A stretch of 64,000 nt of DNA from Betaproteobacteria bacterium (GTDB taxonomy: Bacteria > Pseudomonadota > Gammaproteobacteria > Burkholderiales > CAIKXV01): the NCBI GenBank assembly GCA_947458265.1, contig CANGYF010000008.1:36993-100992 (forward strand). Direction: 5' to 3'. The notes beneath the pieces were generated by a model. It searched no databases. It was not told the DNA's origin and saw only the letters and a program-made list of their open reading frames with translations. How positions within the stretch are numbered: the stretch's first letter is position 1; the number at the start of each line of letters is the position of its first letter. A program made the translations under genes and the position numbers. Positions 30,738 to 40,396 of the stretch are shown here, one piece after another.

Positions 30738-31762
30738 GCGGCAGCCCTGCCACCCCTGTGCCGGGGTTCAACCCGCCGCGCTGGCTGCGCGGTGCGCATG
30801 CCCAGACGATCTACGCATCCAGGTTCTGCCCGCGACCCGCGGTTACCTACCGGCGCGAGCGCTGGGACACGCCGGACGGCGACTTCATCGACGTCGACTG
30901 GCTCGCCGCGGATGCGCCGCGCGCGGATGCGCCATGGCTGGTGCTGTTCCACGGACTGGAAGGCAGCTCGCAGAGCCACTATGCACGCACGCTGATGAAC
31001 ATGGCCGAAACCCTGGGCTGGCACGGAGCGGTAGCGCATTTCAGGGGCTGCGGCGGCGAACCCAACCGTCTGGCACGCGCCTACCACTCGGGCGACACGG
31101 CCGAGGTGGACTGGATCCTGCGCCGTTTCGCTGCATGCGCAGGCGGCGCCCCGCTGCACGTGGCCGGCATTTCGCTCGGTGGCAATGTGCTGATGAAGTG
31201 GCTCGGCGAGCAGGGAAGCGCCGCCTGCGCGGTCGTGGATACCGCGATCAGCATCAGTGCGCCGGTCGACCTGGCCGCCGCCGGCGCGGCACTGGAGCGC
31301 GGCTTCGCCCGCGTCTATGCACTGAACTTCCTGCAGACGCTCAAGCGCAAGGCGATGGCCAAGCTGCTGCAGTCGCCGGGCCTGTTCGATGCCGCCCGGC
31401 TCGGGCAGGCGCGGACGATGCGTGCATTCGACGACGTGTTCACCGCTCCGCTCCATGGCTACCGCGACGTCGACGATTACTGGATGCGTGCCAGCTGCAA
31501 ACCGGGGCTCGGTGCAGTCGCGGTGCGGTCGCTGATGATCAACGCGCTGGACGATCCGTTCCTGCCGGCCTCCGCCCTGCCCGGCCCGTCCGACGTGTCA
31601 CCCTGCGTCACTCTCGACTATCCGGCTGCCGGCGGCCATGTCGGCTTCGTCGCCGGCAACCCGCCCGGCCACGCCCGCTGGCTCGCGCAGCGGGTGGCGC
31701 ACTTCCTGGGTGCGCCGCTGGAGGCGACCTGCGAGCGGGCAGCGCGCAGACGAGTTGTTTGA
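30734..31762 (+). CDS. alpha/beta hydrolase (YheT-like)
   Basis: 342-aa ORF that overlaps the preceding stop by 4 nt. It contains LFHGLEGSSQSHY and GISLGGN (nucleophile elbow). Confidence 0.8.
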   Translation: MSGSPATPVPGFNPPRWLRGAHAQTIYASRFCPRPAVTYRRERWDTPDGDFIDVDWLAADAPRADAPWLVLFHGLEGSSQSHYARTLMNMAETLGWHGAVAHFRGCGGEPNRLARAYHSGDTAEVDWILRRFAACAGGAPLHVAGISLGGNVLMKWLGEQGSAACAVVDTAISISAPVDLAAAGAALERGFARVYALNFLQTLKRKAMAKLLQSPGLFDAARLGQARTMRAFDDVFTAPLHGYRDVDDYWMRASCKPGLGAVAVRSLMINALDDPFLPASALPGPSDVSPCVTLDYPAAGGHVGFVAGNPPGHARWLAQRVAHFLGAPLEATCERAARRRVV

Positions 31763-31842
31763 CACCCGGACGCACGGACGGCTCTAATCCCGGCGATCGA
31801 CGGCCAGCCCCGGACCCCACCCGCACCCAAGGACGCCACAGC

Positions 31843-33255
31843 ATGTCTTCCGACAGTTCCACCTCCTCCGCCAGTCCAGCACCGGCGCCCGCCGCCGAGA
31901 TCTTCAAGGCGTACGACATCCGGGGCATCGTCGACCGCACGCTCACCGTGGAAGCGGTAGAGCAGATCGGGCGCGCGATCGGCTCGGAGGCGCTCGCGCG
32001 CAACGCGCGCACGGTCGCCATCGGCCGCGATGGCCGGCTGTCCGGGCCGAAGCTGAGCGAGGCGCTGGCACGGGGCCTGCGCGCGGCCGGCGCCGACGTC
32101 ATCGACGTCGGCATGGTTGCCACGCCGATGGTCTACTACGCCGCCTGGGAACAGGCAGGCGGCTCTGGCGTGATGGTCACCGGCAGCCACAACCCGCCCG
32201 ACTACAACGGCCTGAAGATGCTGCTGGCCGGCACCACGCTCGCCGGCGAGGACATCCAGAAGCTGCGCGCGCGCATCGTGTCCGGCGACCTGGCCAGCGG
32301 CGCAGGCGCATACCGCACGGCCGATGTCGGCGAAGCCTACACCGCACGCATCGTGTCCGACGTGAAGCTGGCGCGGCCGATGAAGATCGTCGTGGACTGC
32401 GGCAACGGCGTTGCCGGCGCCTTTGCACCCGAGTTGTATCGCCGCCTCGGCTGCACCGTGCAAGAGCTGTTCTGCGAGGTGGACGGCAACTTCCCGAACC
32501 ACCATCCCGATCCATCGCAGCCGAAGAACCTGCAGGATCTCATCGCAGCGCTGAAGGCCGGCGATGCGGAACTGGGACTGGCCTTCGACGGCGACGGCGA
32601 CCGGCTCGGCGTGGTCACCCGTGACGGCCACATCATCTATCCCGACCGCCAGCTGATGATGTTCGCCGAGGACGTACTGTCGCGCAATCCGGGCGCGCAG
32701 ATCATCTACGACGTCAAGTCGACCCGCAACCTCGCGCCGTGGATCACCGCGCGCAAGGGCCTGCCAGTGATGTCGAAGACCGGCCATTCGTTCATCAAGG
32801 CGCGCATGAAGGAAACCGGTGCGCTGCTGGCCGGCGAGATGAGCGGCCATGTGTTCTTCAAGGAGCGCTGGTATGGCTTCGACGACGGCCTGTATGCCGG
32901 TGCGCGCCTGCTCGAGATCCTGTCGCGCACGGCCAATCCCTCGGCCGCGCTCGATGCGCTGCCCGACGCGGTGAGCACGCCGGAGCTGAACATCCAGCTG
33001 GCCGAGGGCGAGAATCATGCGCTGATCGACGGACTGCAGCGCACCGCGACGTTCGAAGGCGCGCGCGAGGTCATCACCATCGACGGGCTGAGGGTCGAGT
33101 ATCCAGACGGCTTCGGCCTGGCACGCGCCTCCAACACCACGCCGGTGATCGTGCTGCGCTTCGAGGCAGACGACGCGGCGGCACTGGAGCGCATCCAGTC
33201 CGACTTCCGCCGCGTGCTGTCCGCCGCGAAGCCCGGTATCGCGCTGGGCTTCTGA
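31843..33255 (+). CDS. phosphomannomutase/phosphoglucomutase
   Basis: ATG in frame with track ORF 30664-33255 gives a 470-aa product. It has TGSHNPPDYNGLK (phosphoserine loop), FDGDGDRLG (metal loop) and GEMSGH. Confidence 0.9.
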   Translation: MSSDSSTSSASPAPAPAAEIFKAYDIRGIVDRTLTVEAVEQIGRAIGSEALARNARTVAIGRDGRLSGPKLSEALARGLRAAGADVIDVGMVATPMVYYAAWEQAGGSGVMVTGSHNPPDYNGLKMLLAGTTLAGEDIQKLRARIVSGDLASGAGAYRTADVGEAYTARIVSDVKLARPMKIVVDCGNGVAGAFAPELYRRLGCTVQELFCEVDGNFPNHHPDPSQPKNLQDLIAALKAGDAELGLAFDGDGDRLGVVTRDGHIIYPDRQLMMFAEDVLSRNPGAQIIYDVKSTRNLAPWITARKGLPVMSKTGHSFIKARMKETGALLAGEMSGHVFFKERWYGFDDGLYAGARLLEILSRTANPSAALDALPDAVSTPELNIQLAEGENHALIDGLQRTATFEGAREVITIDGLRVEYPDGFGLARASNTTPVIVLRFEADDAAALERIQSDFRRVLSAAKPGIALGF

Positions 33256-33263
33256 TCGGCGCA

Positions 33264-33299
33264 GGCAGCGGGGCCGGCACGCCGCCGGCACCCGCTGCC
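33264..33299. terminator. strong GC-rich stem-loop between the convergent phosphomannomutase and comEC genes
   Basis: GGCAGCGGG pairs with CCCGCTGCC, and an inner GCCGGC pairs with GCCGGC, giving about 15 bp of stem around a 5-nt loop. There is no U-tract. Confidence 0.4.
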
Positions 33300-33389
33300 C
33301 GTCCTGCTCCACCCGGATCTTCGCATCGGCCACCAGACTCGCCCACTGGGCGAGGTCAGGCTGGTCCTGTCGGGATGCGGGAGATCAGT

Positions 33390-35885
33390 TTACTGTCCCT
33401 GCGGCGCGGCCGTGCCGATGCCGACGCGCGGATTCGACGCCACATACTCGGCCAGGCCCGACGGAGGCGGTGCCCGCCAATAGCGCCGTGCAAGCGCACG
33501 CTGCTGCAGCGCCTGTACGGTACCGGTCCCGAGGGTCAGCCGTATCGCACCCGACTGGTCGGTGCGCAGCACCTGCACCTGCCGCTCGCGGTAGCGCTCG
33601 ACCACCTCCGGACGTGGATGGCCGAACCGGTTGCGGTAGCCGACGGACATCAGCGCCAGCCGGGGCGCGACCGCATCGATGAACGCCGGCGTCGAGGAGC
33701 TGCGCGAGCCGTGGTGCGGCACGACCAGCACGTCGGCGCGCAGCGCCCCGTCGCCGCGCTGCCGGGCGGCCAGCAGCAGCCGGTCCTCTGACGCGGCCGT
33801 GATGTCACCGGCGATCAGCAACCGCTCGCCGCCGGCATCGACCTGCAGCACGCAGCTGCGATCGTTGTCGGGCATGGCCACGGCATGGCTGCCACGCGGC
33901 GGGTGGAGGATGCGGAACTGCACGCCGTCCCACGACCATTGCTGCCCCTCTTCGCAGCGAGCCGGGTTGCGCGCGGCCACCACGGCCGGATGGCTCGCCG
34001 GAAGCGAGGACAGCAGGCCGGCAACCGGCAGCGCACGCAACAGCGACAGGGCACCACCCGAGTGATCGATGTCGTCATGCGAGACGACCAGCCGGTCGAG
34101 CCGGGCCATGCCTTCGCCCCTGAGATAAGGCAGCAGAATGCGCGATCCGGCATCCGATTCGCTGCTCCAGGCCGGGCCGGTGTCGTAGACCAGCACATGG
34201 CGGGCGGTACGGACCACCAGCGCCAGGCCATGGCCGACGTCGAGCATCGTCGCCTCGGCCGTGCCAGGCAGGACCTCGGACGGCCGGGCGAGCAGGACCG
34301 GCAGCAGCGTCAACAGTCCCAGCCAGCGTGCCGGCCAGCCGGCCGGCATGCGCCACCAGCAGATGCCCGCCAGGGCAAGCAGGCTGGCCCATGCGGGCGG
34401 GGCCGGCTGTGCCCAGACCGCCCAGGACAACCCGGCCAGCCAGCCGATCGGCACCAGCGTCGTCTCGGTCAGCAGGTGCGCTGCCTGCAGCAGCCCTGGC
34501 ACTGGCAGCAGGGCCGCGACCACGGCGATCGGCACCACCACCGAGCCGATCAGCGGAATCGCGATCGCATTGGCGATCGGGGACACCAGCGACACCTGGG
34601 AGAACAGCGCGAGGGTGGCAGGCACCATCCCGATCGTGATCGCCCATTGCACCCTGCCCCACTCGATGGCGGCGCTGCAGGGCCGGCAGCCGTCCATCGC
34701 AGCCCCCCGCCCGATGCGTCCGGCCGACACGGTCATCATCACTGCGACCGCCCCGAACGACAGCCAGAATCCGGTGGCCAGGACGGCCCAGGGGTCGAGC
34801 ACGATCACCAGCAGCAGCGCACCGGACAGGACATCGGCCGCCGGCGATCGCCGCGCCCGCCAGAGTGCAACCGCGATCACCGCGAGCATGAAGACCGTGC
34901 GCCGGGTCGGCACCGAGAAACCGGCGAGCAACGCATAGCCGAAGGCAACAGCGAGGCCGGCGATCACTGCAGCCTTGCGCGACGGCAGGCGGCGCACCAG
35001 CCGCGCGCTGCGTCGCCAGCCGGCGTCGACCAGCCAGAAGGCCAGTGCGGCGACCATCGTCACGTGCAGCCCGGAGATGCTCATCAGATGGCCGATGCCG
35101 GTCCGGTTGAAGACCTCCCACTGTGCGGCCGGGATGGCCTGCTGGTCGCCGATCGCCAGCGCCGCCAGCACCCCGCGATAGGGCGCGTCGGGCAGTGTCC
35201 GGTCGAAGCGCGCACGGATCGACTCGCGCGCGCGTTCCATCAGGTAGGCTGGCCGGGCCACGAGGGGATCCAGCCGCTGGATGCCGCGCCGCACGTACCC
35301 GGTGGCGCGCAGGCCACGCTCGAGCAGCCAGGCCTCGACGTCGAAACCGTGTGGATTCGCGCTGGCGTGCGGACGGCGCAGCCTGACCACCAGTCTCCAG
35401 CGCTCCCCGGCTGTCGGCGGTCGGCCAGCGGACGCAGCCGCTGCCTCCTCGTCCTCAGCGGCCGGCGCCCTGAGTGCCGGTCGTTTGCCGTACCACGACA
35501 GGAGCAGGCGCTGCGGCACGACAGCGCCGTCGGTCAGGACCTCCTCGACGTCGAATGCGAAGCGCACCCCGCGTTCGGTGCGCTGAACCAGCTCGGCGAT
35601 CACCCCGACCACCTCAATGTCCTGCCGCTCCCACTCGACTGGCAAGGCATCCGACATCCTGGCGGACGCCCAGGCGGCGCTCCAGGCGAAACCGGCCAGC
35701 GCCGCCGCCGCCAGCAGCGCGATCCCCCTCGACCTGGCGGACCGACGCCGGCCAGCGGCTGTCAGCAGGAAGGCAACCCCCAGGGCGGTCGCGACGCCAA
35801 TCGCGCTGGCGGAAGGCAATTCGGGCAAGACCTGCAGGCACAGCGTGCCGGCCAGCCAGCCGAGCGCCGGCAGCACCGGGCTCAT
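33390..35885 (-). CDS. comEC: DNA internalization-related competence protein ComEC/Rec2
   Basis: ATG at codon 29 of track ORF 33390-35969 avoids overlap with the divergent gene. The 831-aa polytopic protein ends in a metallo-beta-lactamase domain (VSHDDIDHSGG, VPHHGS). Confidence 0.85.
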   Translation of the reverse strand: MSPVLPALGWLAGTLCLQVLPELPSASAIGVATALGVAFLLTAAGRRRSARSRGIALLAAAALAGFAWSAAWASARMSDALPVEWERQDIEVVGVIAELVQRTERGVRFAFDVEEVLTDGAVVPQRLLLSWYGKRPALRAPAAEDEEAAAASAGRPPTAGERWRLVVRLRRPHASANPHGFDVEAWLLERGLRATGYVRRGIQRLDPLVARPAYLMERARESIRARFDRTLPDAPYRGVLAALAIGDQQAIPAAQWEVFNRTGIGHLMSISGLHVTMVAALAFWLVDAGWRRSARLVRRLPSRKAAVIAGLAVAFGYALLAGFSVPTRRTVFMLAVIAVALWRARRSPAADVLSGALLLVIVLDPWAVLATGFWLSFGAVAVMMTVSAGRIGRGAAMDGCRPCSAAIEWGRVQWAITIGMVPATLALFSQVSLVSPIANAIAIPLIGSVVVPIAVVAALLPVPGLLQAAHLLTETTLVPIGWLAGLSWAVWAQPAPPAWASLLALAGICWWRMPAGWPARWLGLLTLLPVLLARPSEVLPGTAEATMLDVGHGLALVVRTARHVLVYDTGPAWSSESDAGSRILLPYLRGEGMARLDRLVVSHDDIDHSGGALSLLRALPVAGLLSSLPASHPAVVAARNPARCEEGQQWSWDGVQFRILHPPRGSHAVAMPDNDRSCVLQVDAGGERLLIAGDITAASEDRLLLAARQRGDGALRADVLVVPHHGSRSSSTPAFIDAVAPRLALMSVGYRNRFGHPRPEVVERYRERQVQVLRTDQSGAIRLTLGTGTVQALQQRALARRYWRAPPPSGLAEYVASNPRVGIGTAAPQGQ

Positions 35886-35962
35886 CGATCGTGACAAGGC
35901 CGCTGGTACGGACCTTGCGGTTGGGTTACAGTCCGCAGACTCATGCGTGGCAGGCGTTCGTC

Positions 35963-36514
35963 GTGCCAAGAAAATTCTTCAAGAAATACCTGCCGAGCCA
36001 CTCGAGCATCGTCGAAAACCGCTTCCTCGCGAAGTTCGGCTCGCTGCTGACCCACCATAACCTCTGGCACCTGCACCGTCGCTCGGTGGCAGGGGGGGTT
36101 GCGATCGGTTTGTTCACCGGGCTGATACCCGGTCCGCTGCAGATCTTTACCGGCGCGGCGCTTGCGATCTTCTTCAGGGTGAACCTGCCTGCGATGGTGC
36201 TCGGCACCTTCTGGACCAACCCGCTGACGATCGTCCCGATCTACATCGCCGCTTACAACATCGGCAGCCTGGCGATGGGTCTTGGCACGGTGGCCGACGT
36301 TCCGCATCCCGAGCCGCTGCAGCACGAGGGCTGGCTCGACATGCTGCCAGCGCTCTGGGACTGGTTGACCGGGATGGGCAAGCCGCTGGCGCTGGGCCTG
36401 CTGTTGCTCGGCCTGTTCATGGCGGTGGTGGGTTACTTCGCCGTGCGCGGTGCCTGGCGCCTGTACGTGGTGCTCGCCTGGCAGCGGCGCGCCCACAGCC
36501 GGCGCGCCGCCTGA
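35963..36514 (+). CDS. DUF2062 domain-containing membrane protein
   Basis: A GTG start gives a 183-aa product: VPRKFFKKYLPSHSSIVENRFL...HHNLWHLHRRSVAGGVAIGLFTGLIPGP. This matches my recollection of DUF2062. Confidence 0.7.
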   Translation: MPRKFFKKYLPSHSSIVENRFLAKFGSLLTHHNLWHLHRRSVAGGVAIGLFTGLIPGPLQIFTGAALAIFFRVNLPAMVLGTFWTNPLTIVPIYIAAYNIGSLAMGLGTVADVPHPEPLQHEGWLDMLPALWDWLTGMGKPLALGLLLLGLFMAVVGYFAVRGAWRLYVVLAWQRRAHSRRAA

Positions 36515-36523
36515 CCGGCCCCC

Positions 36524-37159
36524 GTGGCGGCCCCGACCGGCCGGCGGCCGCGCTGGTGGAACGAGGCCTGCCGGGAACTGAGCGCGAGTGACCCGCTGCT
36601 CGAGACGCTGATCGCCCGGCATCCGCCGATGCGCATCGGCAGCCGCGGCGATGCCTTCCAGACGCTCGCACGTTCGATCGTCGGGCAGCAGGTTTCGGTG
36701 AAGGCGGCCCAGTCCGTATGGCTGCGCGTCGAGGCGGCGTGCAGCCGCATCGACCCGGCCGTCGTGCTGGCGGTCGACCCCCTACTGCTGCGCGGATGCG
36801 GGTTGTCCGGGCGCAAGGTCGAGTACATCCGGGACCTTGCAGCGCACTTCCTCGCGCGGCCCTCGGGCACCGACGGCTGGTCGGCGATGGACGACGCGGC
36901 GATCGTCGATGAACTCACTGCCGTGCGCGGCATCGGCGTCTGGACGGTGCAGATGTTCCTGATCTTCCACCTGGGGCGGCCCGACGTGCTACCCATGGCC
37001 GACCTCGGGCTGCGCCGCGCGATCGAACTCGGCTACAGCCGCGGCCGGGCGACGGCGCCCGGGCAGCTGGCACGACTGTCGGCGCGCTGGCAACCCTGGC
37101 GTACCGCCGCCACCTGGTACCTCTGGCGCAGCCTGGATCCGGACCCGGTGATGCACTGA
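36524..37159 (+). CDS. DNA-3-methyladenine glycosylase II family protein (HhH-GPD)
   Basis: 211-aa ORF containing the HhH-GPD signature LTAVRGIGVWTVQMFLIFHLGRPDVLPMADLGLRRA. Confidence 0.8.
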   Translation: MAAPTGRRPRWWNEACRELSASDPLLETLIARHPPMRIGSRGDAFQTLARSIVGQQVSVKAAQSVWLRVEAACSRIDPAVVLAVDPLLLRGCGLSGRKVEYIRDLAAHFLARPSGTDGWSAMDDAAIVDELTAVRGIGVWTVQMFLIFHLGRPDVLPMADLGLRRAIELGYSRGRATAPGQLARLSARWQPWRTAATWYLWRSLDPDPVMH

Positions 37160-37216
37160 CCCGGGCGCCGCACGACCAGGCCAGGCCACCACCACCCCCG
37201 CCCGTCCGCCCGGCAC

Positions 37217-37912
37217 TCAGTCGTCGCGCAGCTGTCCGTCCTCGAGGCGCAACACCCGCTCGGCTTTCGCAGCGAGTCGCTCATCGTGGGTGACCATCAC
37301 CAGGCTGGTGCCGCGCGCGCGGTTGAGCGCGAGCATCAGCTCGAACATCGCCTCGGCGTTGGTGCGGTCGAGATTGCCAGTAGGCTCGTCAGCCAGCAGG
37401 CACGCAGGCTCGGTGACCAATGCCCGCGCCAGGGCCGCGCGCTGACGTTCACCGCCGGAGAGTTCGCCCGGCCGGTGTGCAAGACGATGCCCGAGGCCGA
37501 CCGCCTCCAGACCCGCGGTGGCGCGTGCGAACGCCTCGCCACGCGCGCTGCGGCGTATCAGCAGCGGCATCGCGACGTTCTCGAGCGCGCTGAACTCGGG
37601 CAGCAGATGGTGGAACTGGTACAGGAAGCCGAGCGCCCGGTTGCGCAGGCCGGCGAGCGCGCCCTGCCCCATCGTGTCCACCCGCTCTCCGCACAGGCGG
37701 ACTTCGCCGGCCGTCGCGGCATCGAGTCCGCCGAGCAGGTGCAGCAGCGTGCTCTTGCCGGAACCGGAACTGCCGATGATCGCGATGCGTTCGCCGGCCC
37801 GTACCTGAAGGTCGACGCCGCGCAGCACGGACACCTCGCCCAGCGCCGCGCCCTCGCGATAGATCTTCGACAGACCGCTGCATTCGAGCACCATCGGGCG
37901 CAGGTCACTCAT
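37217..37912 (-). CDS. lolD: lipoprotein-releasing ABC transporter ATP-binding protein LolD
   Basis: ATG at codon 35 of track ORF 37217-38014 gives a 231-aa product. It has Walker A GSSGSGKST, the signature LSGGERQR and Walker B LLADEPTGNLD. Confidence 0.85.
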   Translation of the reverse strand: MSDLRPMVLECSGLSKIYREGAALGEVSVLRGVDLQVRAGERIAIIGSSGSGKSTLLHLLGGLDAATAGEVRLCGERVDTMGQGALAGLRNRALGFLYQFHHLLPEFSALENVAMPLLIRRSARGEAFARATAGLEAVGLGHRLAHRPGELSGGERQRAALARALVTEPACLLADEPTGNLDRTNAEAMFELMLALNRARGTSLVMVTHDERLAAKAERVLRLEDGQLRDD

Positions 37913-39149
37913 AGCGCAGCGCCTGTGCCGGGTTGATGCGCGAGGCGCGCCAGCTCGGATAGAGCGTCGCGAGGAACGACAGTACCAGCGAGATCGAGGC
38001 GACGAAGGTGACATCGGCCATCCGGACCTCCGACGGCAGCTCGCTGATGAAATAGATGTCCTTGGCCAGGAACTGGATGCCGAAGGTACGCTCGATGAAC
38101 GGCACCACGACGTCGACGTTCGATGCCAGCAGCACCCCGCCGCCCACGCCGAGCAGCGTGCCGAAGATGCCGATCAGCGCACCCTGGATCACGAACACCG
38201 CCATGATGCTGGAAGGCGTGGCGCCGAGCGTGCGCAGGATCGCGATGTCCGCACGCTTCTCGGTCACCACCATGACCAGCGTCGACACGATGTTGAACGC
38301 GGCCACCGCGACGATCAGCGACAGGATGATGAACATCATCCGCTTCTCGATCTCCACCGCCCGGAACCATCCGGCGTTCAGCCGGGACCAGTCGGCCACC
38401 ATCGCATCGCTGGTCAGGGTGCGCGCGATCTCGCGCGCCACGCGCGGTGCCTGGAACATGTCGGCGATCTTCAGGCGTACGCCGGTGACCGCAGTGCCCA
38501 TCCGGTAGAGCTTCTGCGCGTCCTCGATGTGTACCAGCGCGAGCCCGGAGTCGAACTCGAAGTGGCCGGCCTCGAAGATGCCCACCACCGTGAACTGCTT
38601 CAGCCGCGGGATCACGCCCGCCGGCGTGATCTGGCCCTGCGGGGCGATCAGCAGGACCTTGTCGCCGACGCCGACGCCGAGCGCGCGTGCCAGTTCGATA
38701 CCCAGCACGGTGGTGAAGCTGTCCGGCTTCAGCGCATCGATCGAACCGGCGCGCAGGTAGGTGGCGAAGTCGGCCACGCGGGCCTCCCGCTCGGGCAGGA
38801 TGCCGCGGATGATCGCGCCGCGCACCACCTGGTCGTTGCCCAGCAGTCCCTGGGCCAGCACGTAGGGCGCACTACCGCGCACGGCGGGGTTTTCCTCGGC
38901 CCTGGCGGCGATCGCCTGCCAGTCGGGCAGCCCTCCCTCCAGGCCGGAGATCTGCACATGCGCGAGAACGCCGAGGATGCGGTCGCGCACCTCCTTCTGG
39001 AAACCGTTCATCACCGACACGACGGTGATCAGCACCGCGATGCCCAGCGCCATGCCGAGCGTCGACACCAGCGAGATGAAGGAGATGAAGTTGTTGCTGC
39101 GTTTGGCGCGCGTGTAGCGCAGCCCGACGAACAGCTCGTAGGGAGACAC
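37905..39149 (-). CDS. lipoprotein-releasing ABC transporter permease (LolC/LolE family)
   Basis: GTG at codon 34 of track ORF 37905-39248 gives a 414-aa product. It begins SPYELFVGLRYTRAKRSNNFISFIS, has a MacB-like periplasmic domain and an FtsX C-terminus. It overlaps the lolD start by 8 nt. Confidence 0.85.
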   Translation of the reverse strand: MSPYELFVGLRYTRAKRSNNFISFISLVSTLGMALGIAVLITVVSVMNGFQKEVRDRILGVLAHVQISGLEGGLPDWQAIAARAEENPAVRGSAPYVLAQGLLGNDQVVRGAIIRGILPEREARVADFATYLRAGSIDALKPDSFTTVLGIELARALGVGVGDKVLLIAPQGQITPAGVIPRLKQFTVVGIFEAGHFEFDSGLALVHIEDAQKLYRMGTAVTGVRLKIADMFQAPRVAREIARTLTSDAMVADWSRLNAGWFRAVEIEKRMMFIILSLIVAVAAFNIVSTLVMVVTEKRADIAILRTLGATPSSIMAVFVIQGALIGIFGTLLGVGGGVLLASNVDVVVPFIERTFGIQFLAKDIYFISELPSEVRMADVTFVASISLVLSFLATLYPSWRASRINPAQALRYE

Positions 39150-39251
39150 GGATCGGTCGTCTGTTTCTTGTGCAGCCGTTGGGGGCGTTCGAAGTGTGCC
39201 ACAAGCGCACCCGCGCCAAGGTCGATGCACGCCTGCACCGGTCGGCACGGG

Positions 39252-39260
39252 TGCTAGACT
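39252..39260 (+). promoter_or_regulatory. extended -10 promoter candidate TGcTAGACT
   Basis: Located in the lolC/hypothetical divergent spacer, about 50 nt upstream of the proposed TTG start at 39311. I found no convincing -35. Confidence 0.3.
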
Positions 39261-39310
39261 GCGCCCGCACTGCCGAACGCCGCACCCGACGTCACCGTCC
39301 AGCCGACCCC

Positions 39311-40396
39311 TTGCACCTTGAACTCCTGATCCCCGCCCTGTCCTGGCCTGGCGAACACGCTGCCGACGCGATGCATGCGGCCGATGCGCCGACGCTCGCG
39401 CGCTGGCTGTCGCGGGCGACGCGGGACACGGCGGCCAGCATGCAAGCCGACCGGTGGCTGTGGCAGCGCTTCACGGCGCGACCCGCGGCCGGGGAAGCCT
39501 CGGGCGGCGGCCACCCGGGTGACGACGGCCTGCCGCTGGCGCCGGTCACGCTGGCGCTCGACGGCCATGCCCCGGGCACGCGCTGGTGGATGCGCGCCGA
39601 TCCGGTCCACTTCATCGTCGGGCGCACCGGGCTTCGGCTCGCCCCTCCGGGCCACCTCCAGTTGCGCGCGGACGAGTCGGACGCGCTGGCCGCCGCCCTG
39701 CGCGAACATTTCCCGGAACTCGCACCCGACTTCCTGGCGCCGGATCCTGCCCGCTGGTACCTGGGCGCGGACCGATCGTTCGAACTCACGACCACGCCGC
39801 CGGCCGATGCCATCGGCGACGACGTAGACCGGAACCTGCCGCGCGGACCTGGCCGTCGACGCTGGCTCGGTTTCCTGAACGAAGTCCAGATGCTCTGGTT
39901 CGAGCACCCGGTGAACCTGGAGCGTGAACGGCGCGGCGAACCGGCGGTCTCCGGGCTCTGGCTGCATGGTGCAGGCCTGATGCCGGCGCCGGGACGGCCC
40001 GGGCTGGATGGCGCGTCCGGCGGCGGCAAGCAGCTGGCCGGACTGGCCACGCTGGCAGGCTGCCGCTGGATCGACACAGGCAAAGGCGCCCGGGACTGGC
40101 TCGCGCAGGCCACCGGTGGGTCCTGGCTGCTGAGCCTGGACGCGCTGGTGCCACCGCTGCAGGCCGGCGATGCCTACGGCTGGCGCGAGGCGCTTGCGCA
40201 CTTGGAAGCCGACTGGTTCCTGCCACTGGACGACGCACTACGCAGCGGTCGCCTCGCCAGCATCGTCCTGCACTGGCCGGTGCAGGAAGGCCTGGCCGGC
40301 GCACGCATCGCGGCTTGGGACCGCTACCGCATCTGGCGCCGCCGGCGCCCGCTTGCCGACCTGCTCGCCCACGCCGGTGGCCACCCGAATGCCTGA
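39311..40396 (+). CDS. conserved hypothetical protein upstream of recJ
   Basis: Frame of track ORF 39170-40396. The proposed TTG start gives LHLELLIPALSWPG..., a 361-aa product. It overlaps the recJ start by 8 nt. It contains WWMRADPVHF and ARWYL blocks that I recall from a betaproteobacterial family sometimes annotated as phosphoglycerate mutase-like. The start codon is uncertain. Confidence 0.5.
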   Translation: MHLELLIPALSWPGEHAADAMHAADAPTLARWLSRATRDTAASMQADRWLWQRFTARPAAGEASGGGHPGDDGLPLAPVTLALDGHAPGTRWWMRADPVHFIVGRTGLRLAPPGHLQLRADESDALAAALREHFPELAPDFLAPDPARWYLGADRSFELTTTPPADAIGDDVDRNLPRGPGRRRWLGFLNEVQMLWFEHPVNLERERRGEPAVSGLWLHGAGLMPAPGRPGLDGASGGGKQLAGLATLAGCRWIDTGKGARDWLAQATGGSWLLSLDALVPPLQAGDAYGWREALAHLEADWFLPLDDALRSGRLASIVLHWPVQEGLAGARIAAWDRYRIWRRRRPLADLLAHAGGHPNA

